From the NCBI GenBank assembly GCA_048882385.1, contig JBHLRQ010000041.1:1-25217 (forward strand): DNA of 25,217 nt, written 5' to 3'. Numbering within the stretch: the stretch's first letter is position 1; each line of letters opens with the position of its first letter. The notes under the pieces were generated by a model. It was not told the origin of the DNA and ran no database searches. It worked only from the letters and a program-made list of their open reading frames with translations. This DNA comes from Candidatus Thorarchaeota archaeon. GTDB taxonomy: Archaea; Asgardarchaeota; Thorarchaeia; Thorarchaeales; Thorarchaeaceae. A program made the translations under genes and the position numbers. Positions 17,269-25,217 of this stretch are shown piece after piece.

Positions 17269-18627
17269 TCAGCTAAGTTTCTTCCAAAATTTGTTACCAC
17301 TCTTCTGTTTGCCATATCCAACCACATCATTGAGTTTCACTATCAAGCGATTCAAAATAGGAAAATGTTGAATAAACCACAAGACTGTCCGATGTAAAAT
17401 TCCATCGTTCTTATTGTATGGACAAGATCGAATGCAGTTTGAGCATTCAGACCCATTCTCAAGCCAGAATCCGTAACAGGTTTCCACATCTACAAACCAT
17501 TTCTTGACGCCGGGATTATTGGATTTCGTGATGCCTTTCCATGTTTGATCTTTCCCGTAAGGAATGGACTGTGATGGACAAGAAATTGCACATTTCTCAC
17601 ATGTTTCACAGAATCTTACCACAGATTTACAGAAGTCTATATCAGGAGAGTCACTAACAAGTTTCATGTCTGTGAGAACTTTTGCAATCCGAACTCGAGG
17701 ACCAAATTGCTTTGTGATTAGAATTCCATGGCGGCCATACTGTCCTAACCCAGCATCAATTGCTAGTGGGACACTTAATGCAACATTATTTCCGCAGGTC
17801 ATTGCTTCATATCCAAGTCTTTGAATGAATGAGGCTAGCTCGATTTCCACAAATGCCATTTTCGAATAGCCTAGACCTGTTGCAGCGGAACTTGTGAAGC
17901 TAGGTGAAGTTGCAATTGCTTCATAGTCCATCTCAATTGCCATCACAATTGCATACTGAAAAGATTCAGGAATATTATATGGATTACCTCTCCTATCCTT
18001 GGTATAAAGCCAGTTCCTATCAATAGATGTGATCCCAACAAGGTGAGCTCCAAAGAAACGTGAAGCTTTTTTAATCATTGAAGTAAGATCCTTTGGATTG
18101 GTTATGAGGCGTGTACCATGTTCACTCGCAGCAGGATCTAAACCAATTCCAGGGCGTTGTATTGAATTTCTAGAATCATAGAGTATCCACGCAGCAATAC
18201 TCAACTCATTCTCAAACCTTCCGTATCCTGGAATGTCTTTTGCAATCATAGCTTCCGAGCCCGAAAACTCAGTCTTTTGATAGAATTCGTATTCAGGGTC
18301 ATATTGGACTCTGGCAAATATTGTATCAGCTTCAGACATAGGGGACAGTGATTCATTAATCTGATACGGCTTCTCATTAGATGAGGATTTTTCTTGCTTG
18401 GATTTGTTCTCACGAGTCTGTGCTTCTGTTGTTGGCATCACAATTGCATTTAGAGGGCAAGCACGAAGACAGGCAAGGCACTTAGTACAAGAACTTTCGT
18501 CAATACTCGGTTGACGATCTTTCTTATCAAATTCTAGTGGTGGATCTTCATCATGTATTCCTTTACAAGCATCTAAGCATTCGAGTGAACAGATTGCTGA
18601 ATTACAGATGTCTTTGTGAACGAACAT
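17269..18627 (-). CDS. Reductive dehalogenase-family (RdhA-like) cobalamin/Fe-S protein with an extra N-terminal ferredoxin domain
   Basis: IKKASRFFGAHLVGI, SVPLAIDAGLGQYGRHGILIT..GPRVR, FCETCEKCAISCP, KKWFVD and CYGFW..CSNCIRSCPY. The N-terminus has C-x4-C-x3-C-x3-C and CTKCLACLRACP. No Tat RRxFLK signal. Confidence 0.88.
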   Translation of the reverse strand: MFVHKDICNSAICSLECLDACKGIHDEDPPLEFDKKDRQPSIDESSCTKCLACLRACPLNAIVMPTTEAQTRENKSKQEKSSSNEKPYQINESLSPMSEADTIFARVQYDPEYEFYQKTEFSGSEAMIAKDIPGYGRFENELSIAAWILYDSRNSIQRPGIGLDPAASEHGTRLITNPKDLTSMIKKASRFFGAHLVGITSIDRNWLYTKDRRGNPYNIPESFQYAIVMAIEMDYEAIATSPSFTSSAATGLGYSKMAFVEIELASFIQRLGYEAMTCGNNVALSVPLAIDAGLGQYGRHGILITKQFGPRVRIAKVLTDMKLVSDSPDIDFCKSVVRFCETCEKCAISCPSQSIPYGKDQTWKGITKSNNPGVKKWFVDVETCYGFWLENGSECSNCIRSCPYNKNDGILHRTVLWFIQHFPILNRLIVKLNDVVGYGKQKSGNKFWKKLS

Positions 18628-18703
18628 GAGAGAGTCTCCAAAATGTTAGCGCTTTCAAGTAAAAGACTCTAATACATCCTTCTATAGGATTCAGACCTAA
18701 GAC

Positions 18704-20353
18704 ATGAAAAGCGGAAGAAATAATGGAAAAATGGTGCTTCCAATGAAGAAACATGTGATTGTGTTCGAACCATCAGGTCTACGCATCTCAGTGGATGAGG
18801 GAAGCACAATCCTTGAGGCAATCAGAAATACTGGCTTACATGTAAACTCTGAATGTGGAGGTACAGGGTCTTGTGGAAAATGTTGTGTCATTCTTCACCC
18901 ACTACAAAATCCAGGGTCACAAGATTCAGAACATGTTTCTTCGGCTGACCTTGAACTAGGTGTACGCCTTGCATGTCAACACACAGTACAGCAGGACATG
19001 CGTGTTGTCATATCAGAGGACAGCAGAGATGCAAAGATACTGATAGTAGGTAAACCGCTAAAGCAACATTTGAATCTAGATGAGGGATTTGAGAACAAGC
19101 TTGGAGCAGCAATTGATTTGGGTACAACGACAATTGTTGCATATCTTCTTGACTTGGGTTCTGGAGTCCAATTGAACCAAGCCGCCACTCTTAATCCTCA
19201 AACAAAATATGGAGAAGATGTAATATCTCGAATCACTCACGCAGTACAAGAAAAAGGAGGAGTTGATGGTCTCTTTGACTGTGTATCGAGAGAGATGAAT
19301 GATCTTGTATTAGGACTCATCGAAGCCACAGGAGGCAAAGAGAGTGATTTGGCAAGGGTCACAATTGTGGGGAATACAGCGATGCATCACTTCCTACTTA
19401 GATCTGATGTGAAATCCCTAGGTGTTTCGCCCTACATACCTACAATTAGAGATGCGATTAACATTACAGGGGAAAGGATAGGTCTTTCTTCCACACCTAA
19501 AGCAGAAGTCTACTTCCCGCCCAATATCGCTGGATTTGTTGGAGGAGACACGGTGGCATTCATTTTATCACAGAGGCTGGACTTGAATGATAAAGTCATA
19601 TTGGGAATAGACATTGGTACAAATGGAGAGATTGTTCTATCTGATTGTGGAAAACTCTCCTGTTGTTCTGCAGCTGCAGGCTCAGCATTTGAAGGGGCTG
19701 CAATTAGAAATGGAATGAGAGGAGAAAGCGGTGCTATCGAGTATATATCCATAGATAATCCGGATTTACCTCCAGAGATCTCTGTCATAGGGAATATTGC
19801 TCCACATGGGTTGTGTGGTTCTGCAATAGTTGATATTACCGCTGAGATGAAACGATTTGGTCTCATCGATTCGGGAGGGAGAATCCAAGTAGCAAAAAGC
19901 AAGAGAATTTTTAATGATGAAGAGTTTGGGTTGAGCTTTTTGATTGCAAACAAGGAGGAGTCAGATGCACAGAGAGACATTGTATTTACACAGAAAGACA
20001 TTCGACAAGTCCAACTAGCAAAAGGAGCGATACATGCAGGTTCTACAATCCTACTCAGAGAAGCAAATCTTGGTGTACACGATATCGATTTAGTCATGTT
20101 GGCTGGGGCTTTTGGAAGTTACATACGACCAGAGAGCGCGTTAGGTATAGGTCTCTTTCCTCAGGTTCAAATTAACAAAGTAATTCAAGTAGGAAATGCT
20201 GCTGGAGAAGGGGCTAAGGCACTACTTCTTTCATCAGAGATTAGAAGACTCGGGGAAAAGATTGTTTCGGATATCAAATATGTAGAATTGGCAGATCATG
20301 AGAAATTCCAATCCGTGTTCCTAGAATCGCTAAGGTTCCCCGATGAATCATAA
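18704..20353 (+). CDS. RACo/RamA-type ASKHA ATPase (DUF4445), reductive activator of corrinoid proteins, with N-terminal 2Fe-2S domain
   Basis: CGGTGSCGKC..RLACQ (2Fe-2S), AIDLGTTT, NPQTKYGEDVISRI, GNTAMHH, GFVGGD, DIGTNGE, AGSAFEG, LCGS, QLAKGAI, LAGAFGS and GNAAGEGA. The start may be 18731 or 18743. Confidence 0.93.
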   Translation: MKSGRNNGKMVLPMKKHVIVFEPSGLRISVDEGSTILEAIRNTGLHVNSECGGTGSCGKCCVILHPLQNPGSQDSEHVSSADLELGVRLACQHTVQQDMRVVISEDSRDAKILIVGKPLKQHLNLDEGFENKLGAAIDLGTTTIVAYLLDLGSGVQLNQAATLNPQTKYGEDVISRITHAVQEKGGVDGLFDCVSREMNDLVLGLIEATGGKESDLARVTIVGNTAMHHFLLRSDVKSLGVSPYIPTIRDAINITGERIGLSSTPKAEVYFPPNIAGFVGGDTVAFILSQRLDLNDKVILGIDIGTNGEIVLSDCGKLSCCSAAAGSAFEGAAIRNGMRGESGAIEYISIDNPDLPPEISVIGNIAPHGLCGSAIVDITAEMKRFGLIDSGGRIQVAKSKRIFNDEEFGLSFLIANKEESDAQRDIVFTQKDIRQVQLAKGAIHAGSTILLREANLGVHDIDLVMLAGAFGSYIRPESALGIGLFPQVQINKVIQVGNAAGEGAKALLLSSEIRRLGEKIVSDIKYVELADHEKFQSVFLESLRFPDES

Positions 20354-21436
20354 GAATGAGATATCATGGATCGGAAAGACAAGCTCTTTTACTTGTTCAA
20401 CATTCTTACGAACTTCAGCCCATGTTTCTTCGTCGTCATCGTAAGGAGGTTCTTGTTCGGGTGGATCATATCTATAGCCTGAGAGAACTGACATTACAAC
20501 ACCAATGCCCCATTTGAATGAATCATTAGTGTACCCACCTCCTGCTGTTACACCCAATCTTCCCTTACAGTACCGATGAGCGACATTGTGGAAGTAGGTA
20601 GCAACGTACTGAATAGAATCTGTAGTCAGGTTGAGATGCGCCAGTTTATCTCGATAGTGCGCATCAAAACCTGGTAAGAATATAATGAAGTCTGGTTTGA
20701 AGGATTCAACAAGAGGAGGAACGAGATTATCGAAAGCAAATTGATACACCCCATCACAAGAATCCATTGGGAAATGCATGTTTATGTTGAAACCACGGCC
20801 AGCACCTTCCCCGATATCTTGAATGAATCCATCATGAGGATACATCCATTCTGGATCTTCATGGAATGAAATTTGCATGATCTCAGGGTCATCATAAAAA
20901 TAGCCTTGAGTACCATTTCCATGATGCACATCGAAATCCGCAATCAAAATTCGCTTGAATCCTTGATTCTTCAATTCGAGGACAGATGCTGCAACATCAT
21001 TGAATATACAGAAACCACCACCCCATTCAAACTTGGCATGGTGAAATCCTCCAGTTGGAGAAAGGAAATGGTCAACTTCTCCAGAAATAACAGATTGAAC
21101 TCCGGTCACAGTGGCTCCTGAAGTGATACTGGCATTATCATAGATACCTTTGAATCCTGGCGTGTCGATGTCAATCTCCCCTATTCCGGTTTCTGAAATT
21201 CGTTTTACTTCATCCAAGTAGCTCTTCGCATGTATTGCCTTTAGAAGTTCATCAGAGAGATGTTTTGGGGATATGATCTTGACATTGGGTTGATCAAGAA
21301 AGTCGTTCTCAGAAAGAAAATCTCGAACCATCTGAAACCGTCCAACTTTGATGGGATGCTTTATTCCAAAGTCGAAAGTTTCTAGTAAAGGATTCCAGAG
21401 AAAGCCGACCCTGCATCTATCTTGGGTAGTCATCAC
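20348..21436 (-). CDS. Histone deacetylase family protein (AcuC-like Zn deacetylase)
   Basis: GGFHHA, GFCIFND, DFDVHHGNGTQ, ISFH, GFDAHYRD and GGGY. Confidence 0.93.
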   Translation of the reverse strand: MMTTQDRCRVGFLWNPLLETFDFGIKHPIKVGRFQMVRDFLSENDFLDQPNVKIISPKHLSDELLKAIHAKSYLDEVKRISETGIGEIDIDTPGFKGIYDNASITSGATVTGVQSVISGEVDHFLSPTGGFHHAKFEWGGGFCIFNDVAASVLELKNQGFKRILIADFDVHHGNGTQGYFYDDPEIMQISFHEDPEWMYPHDGFIQDIGEGAGRGFNINMHFPMDSCDGVYQFAFDNLVPPLVESFKPDFIIFLPGFDAHYRDKLAHLNLTTDSIQYVATYFHNVAHRYCKGRLGVTAGGGYTNDSFKWGIGVVMSVLSGYRYDPPEQEPPYDDDEETWAEVRKNVEQVKELVFPIHDISFL

Positions 21437-21502
21437 TGTGTTCGAAATCTATGCATACTTATATGGCTATGCAACAAGAGTGCACAAGGTGTAGGATAAA
21501 AA

Positions 21503-22945
21503 TTGAAGATACGCTCCGTCGCGGAGGTGCCCACTTCTGCGAATGTATATTCCGTGTACGTTCGCCAAAAACAGGATGCTAGTACACAAATCTTCTCTTT
21601 GGATTACGGAGACCGGCTAAGAGTCTTTGACGCGAGGGGTACTCTTCGTAGTACAAGAAAGTGGAGCAGCAAAGTAAGATGCATTGCTGTAGGAGATGTT
21701 GAAGGAGAAGGCAAAGATGCTCTTGTTGGAGGAGTGGGAAAGAAAGTACTAGTCGTTGACCATAGAGGAAGTCCGGTCTGGAATATCAGACTCGAGAGCG
21801 ATGTAGTCGCATGTGATGCGCGAGATGTTGATGGGGACGATGCTGCAGAGGTTGTCGTTGCTTTGCAGAATAACCGAATAATTCTCTACAATGATGACAA
21901 AGATGCTATCTTCACAAAGACCATGGGAGATCCAATCGCAGATGTTTGGCTTGAAGACATCACAAAGGATACAGAGCTGGAAATAGTAGTTGCTGACAAG
22001 ACAGGATTGGTAAACGTACTAACAGCAGCAGGATACCTGTTAAAGGAACTACAGCTCGGTTCTCGTTTGTCTGTCTTTGCAGTATTGTCATTTGGTGAAA
22101 GGACTCTATTCATCACAGGGGACCAGTCACCCACACTTCGTATGTGGGACATTGATGGAAATGAAGTTGCTCGACTTGATGTTGGCGACGCTCCACGAGC
22201 AATGGCAACAGGAATTCCCGATGACATATCGGATGTTGCTTTTCTTGTAGTCAGTACGAAAGACCGGAAACTGAGTTTCTGGGAGGTCCAAGAATCAGGA
22301 AAAGTCACTCGAACTGAAAAAGTAATTTTGCAGCAGATAGGATCAACAAAGAATGTGCTTTACCGGAGAGCTATAAAATGTGGTAATTGCGGGGCTCCCA
22401 CCTCTCCAGAGGCGTCAACATGTTCATCATGTGGTGCAGAATTGGAGATGATTGAAGAATATGTTATTGAAGAGTATATACAGGAGAGTATCGATTCAAT
22501 CACATCCAAGCACAACAGAATCAAGTTGAAAGAATTAGACAAGATATTACGACGAACATTGCCGAGACCTGCAGCTTACAATCTTCGTCGCAGTCTTCAG
22601 GCTATGATTCAGAGTGATACAATTGATGGTCATATTGATGGCAATACATTCGTCAGAACTGAAGCAAAGAAGAAGCTGATGCCTGCACTTTCTACACAAA
22701 CAGCACGGAATGTTGAGGGAATACTAAGAGACCTTCTTATTGGAACTGATACATTGGATGTTAATCGCCTTGAGAAAGAAACAGGCGTGGATCGTGGAAT
22801 TCTGCGAAGAACACTAATTATCCTACTTGGTGAGGGAAGGGTTCAAGGTTCATTGTCAGGTGACGAGTTCATTCTGGAAGAGAAACAAGATGTTGATGAT
22901 TTTACCAAGAAATTGGTCAAGGAACTATCAACCTGGAGTGGTTGA
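21503..22945 (+). CDS. Beta-propeller (FG-GAP-like repeats) + zinc ribbon + tandem PCI-like winged-helix protein
   Basis: Repeats GDVEGEGKDALV, RDVDGDDAAEVV and EDITKDTELEIV; CGNCG..CSSCG; two wHTH-like units ending IDGHIDGNTF and VQGSLSGDEF. TTG start and no signal peptide. Confidence 0.75.
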   Translation: MKIRSVAEVPTSANVYSVYVRQKQDASTQIFSLDYGDRLRVFDARGTLRSTRKWSSKVRCIAVGDVEGEGKDALVGGVGKKVLVVDHRGSPVWNIRLESDVVACDARDVDGDDAAEVVVALQNNRIILYNDDKDAIFTKTMGDPIADVWLEDITKDTELEIVVADKTGLVNVLTAAGYLLKELQLGSRLSVFAVLSFGERTLFITGDQSPTLRMWDIDGNEVARLDVGDAPRAMATGIPDDISDVAFLVVSTKDRKLSFWEVQESGKVTRTEKVILQQIGSTKNVLYRRAIKCGNCGAPTSPEASTCSSCGAELEMIEEYVIEEYIQESIDSITSKHNRIKLKELDKILRRTLPRPAAYNLRRSLQAMIQSDTIDGHIDGNTFVRTEAKKKLMPALSTQTARNVEGILRDLLIGTDTLDVNRLEKETGVDRGILRRTLIILLGEGRVQGSLSGDEFILEEKQDVDDFTKKLVKELSTWSG

Positions 22946-22991
22946 AGAGAGTTGAGAAATAAGGGTCATACGATAGAGTGGTGTTAGATAA

Positions 22992-25217
22992 ATGGAAATT
23001 TCAAAACGAATAGTAGTAACATTTGTCACAGTTGCATTGATACCGATTTTGGTTATTGCATCACTGTCGATATTCGCTATTATTGATGTGTCCAATGCAA
23101 ATGCAGGCGATGCTGCTGAGGAACTGAAAGCCGAAGAATTGGCAAATCTCATGAGGCTCTCTAATGATACAGGTCTCTTCATCGAAGAGAGATGGCAGAA
23201 TTATGTTGATGGCGTCTATATGATGGAGGCATATTGTGAAGACTTATTCGAGGGGAGAATCAATGCTACAGCAAGATATAGCTACTACTGGGATCAAGCA
23301 GAAGAACCCCAATGGGCAGATCTAACATTTGAAACAGATCCTGAGATTGTTGATGCATATTTTTCGGATTATATAACATTCCAGACAGACTGCTACTACA
23401 TGCCCCGATTTGCATGGAACGATAATGATCCCCATGACTTATCACCTGGTACGCAGTATGCACTGGATGTTTCCTCGAACATGGTCAATATTTTCAAAGC
23501 ACTTCATGATATGAACGCGGACTATAGATGGTTATACATGGGATTTGACTTGAGTATTTCAGATCAACACCTTTTCAGGAATTATCCTTTTGACGATCTC
23601 ATCTACTTCCAATGGGATGAGAACGAGGAAATCGGACCTCCAGCAAATGACTACGATCCGAATGCTGAGGACTGGTATACCAATGTTGCAACACAAGACC
23701 TAGGTGATAATAGTGTTGTTTTCACAGAACCATACATCGATCCTTCAGTAGGTCTTGTGATATCAATGGGAAGACCTGTGAGGTTTGACAATAATACACT
23801 CATCGGTGTTGTGTCAGCAGACGTAACAATGGCGACAATAAACGAAAAGGTTCTGAATCTTGAGGTACTCAATAATGGGTATGCATATCTTCTCGACAGT
23901 AACGGAGTTGTCGTTGCCCATCCCGACCTAAGTGTATTTGACGATCCAGCCCCAATTACTACACTTGAGTTTGGTTCTTCAACTAGTACTGAAGCAGTTG
24001 AATTCAACAGTTTACTTACCTCTGAAGTTCTTACTCAAGAATCGGGGCAGGAGGATTTCCAGAAAAACGGTGAACTCTGGCACATGGCTTTTGTGAATGT
24101 ATCCAACACCGACTATGTGCTTGCAGTAATTGTTCCAGATTCTGATGTTGTAGAGCCTGCTGTTGCAATGCTTAACCTTGTTGCCACACAGACGATAATC
24201 CTTACAATTGCACTTGGGGGTGTACTTGCAGCAGTAGCAGGAGTTGTGACAGTTGTGTCATATCGTCGAGCTCATGCTGTCGTCGAACCAATCTCAGAGA
24301 TGACACGTCTTGTGAGAAAAATGGCTAAACAAGACTTTACGCGAGGAGTGACAACTGCTGGAGCCATGTATGAGGAGGTCGGAACAACAGTAGATGCGTT
24401 ACTAAGCTTTCAAGAAGCTGCGCGCTATGGAAATCAAGCTTTCATAAGAGGTGACCTAAACAGAGCGTTGGCTAACTACCAGAACCTCCTGGAGATCAGT
24501 CGTAGACTGGGTATTCCTGAAGGAGAGCAGACCATGCTTTTGAATATAGGAAATGTGTTCCGTCAACGTGGTGACACAGTAAGTGCTCGGGAGTACTATG
24601 ACCAGTCGATGGTAATTGCAAAGCAGCAATTGGAGAAATCCAAGGAAGACGGTGCTGATGAGAAAGATGCAATGTATAGGATTGCGTCACTGTATCATAA
24701 CATGGCACTTGTGGAGATGGATAGTGGTCATGCAGATAAGTCAATGAAGCTGCTAGAAGATGCAGAAGCTATAGATCTGACATTGAAGAATGCTTACGGC
24801 CTCGCAAAACGTTACGATGCTATGGGGCTGGTTCTAATGGGAGATGGTCGATACAGTCAAGCTCAGTCAAAGTTTGATGAAGCAAAGGACAAGGCGACAA
24901 GTGTAGACTACATCAGAAGTCTTGCCTATATCCATTATCACGAGGGTGAACTCTATCAGGTTCAAGGGAAATGGAAAAAAGCCGAAGATGCCTACAAAAA
25001 GGCAACCTCATACGGGACCGAAACCGATGAGCTCTGGCTTGTTGTATTTGCATTACAGAGATTAGCAGATGTTCTTGACCAACAGAATAAATCAAGTCAT
25101 GACACACGAAGAAGAGCTGAGAAACTCAGAAGGTCGATTCTATTCAAGAAGAGTGTGACGTTTGTCATTGACTATTCTGGTAGTATGCAAGCACAGAACA
25201 GAATACGAGCTGCTGTG
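22992..25217 (+). CDS. Membrane receptor-like protein TM-dCache-TM-HAMP-TPR-vWA, partial (runs off the window end)
   Basis: Manual translation from ATG 22992 is open for 742 codons. TM1 is IVVTFVTVALIPILVIASLSIFAII. dCache motifs are YDPNAEDWY, FTEPYID, IGVVSADV and GYAYLLDSNGVVVAHP. TM2 is IILTIALGGVLAAVAGVVTVV, followed by HAMP-like EPISEMTRLVRKMAKQDF, TPRs (LLNIGNVFRQRGD, LYHNMALV, IHYHEGELY) and a vWA MIDAS FVIDYSGSM (25170-25184). Absent from the ORF track. Confidence 0.88.
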   Translation, partial: MEISKRIVVTFVTVALIPILVIASLSIFAIIDVSNANAGDAAEELKAEELANLMRLSNDTGLFIEERWQNYVDGVYMMEAYCEDLFEGRINATARYSYYWDQAEEPQWADLTFETDPEIVDAYFSDYITFQTDCYYMPRFAWNDNDPHDLSPGTQYALDVSSNMVNIFKALHDMNADYRWLYMGFDLSISDQHLFRNYPFDDLIYFQWDENEEIGPPANDYDPNAEDWYTNVATQDLGDNSVVFTEPYIDPSVGLVISMGRPVRFDNNTLIGVVSADVTMATINEKVLNLEVLNNGYAYLLDSNGVVVAHPDLSVFDDPAPITTLEFGSSTSTEAVEFNSLLTSEVLTQESGQEDFQKNGELWHMAFVNVSNTDYVLAVIVPDSDVVEPAVAMLNLVATQTIILTIALGGVLAAVAGVVTVVSYRRAHAVVEPISEMTRLVRKMAKQDFTRGVTTAGAMYEEVGTTVDALLSFQEAARYGNQAFIRGDLNRALANYQNLLEISRRLGIPEGEQTMLLNIGNVFRQRGDTVSAREYYDQSMVIAKQQLEKSKEDGADEKDAMYRIASLYHNMALVEMDSGHADKSMKLLEDAEAIDLTLKNAYGLAKRYDAMGLVLMGDGRYSQAQSKFDEAKDKATSVDYIRSLAYIHYHEGELYQVQGKWKKAEDAYKKATSYGTETDELWLVVFALQRLADVLDQQNKSSHDTRRRAEKLRRSILFKKSVTFVIDYSGSMQAQNRIRAAV

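Noticed and set aside
22928-25107. Short minus-strand ORFs at the right end
   Set aside because: The region is occupied by the long plus-strand receptor ORF that the track omitted because it has no stop in the window.
1-25217. CRISPR arrays, tRNA/rRNA genes, transposases or integrases
   Set aside because: No regularly spaced repeats, cloverleaf-like segments or recombinase motifs were seen by eye.

Overview
Gene-dense archaeal chromosomal segment, most likely Asgard (Thorarchaeota-like). This is inferred from the proteasome alpha subunit, archaeal DtdA, a Rab-like fold, PCI-like domains, a non-TAT reductive dehalogenase and a eukaryote-type SECIS. No rRNA, tRNA, CRISPR or mobile element was seen. 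The main finding is a probable unannotated selenoprotein. The 10158..10859 ORF extends in frame to an ATG at 10056 through one TGA (10128-10130) in a C-S-S-U motif, and a eukaryote-like SECIS hairpin (AUGA...AAA...GA) overlaps its stop codon. The rest of that protein looks like a beta-sandwich rather than a thioredoxin fold. Other notable items: a minus-strand coiled-coil cluster including a ~1300-aa wHTH/coiled-coil/PLD-like protein; a Rab-like pseudo-GTPase with a polybasic tail; a reductive dehalogenase divergent from a RACo corrinoid activator; a beta-propeller/Zn-ribbon/PCI-like protein; and a truncated TM-dCache-HAMP-TPR-vWA receptor absent from the ORF track. All family calls come from reading motifs by eye; no searches were run.
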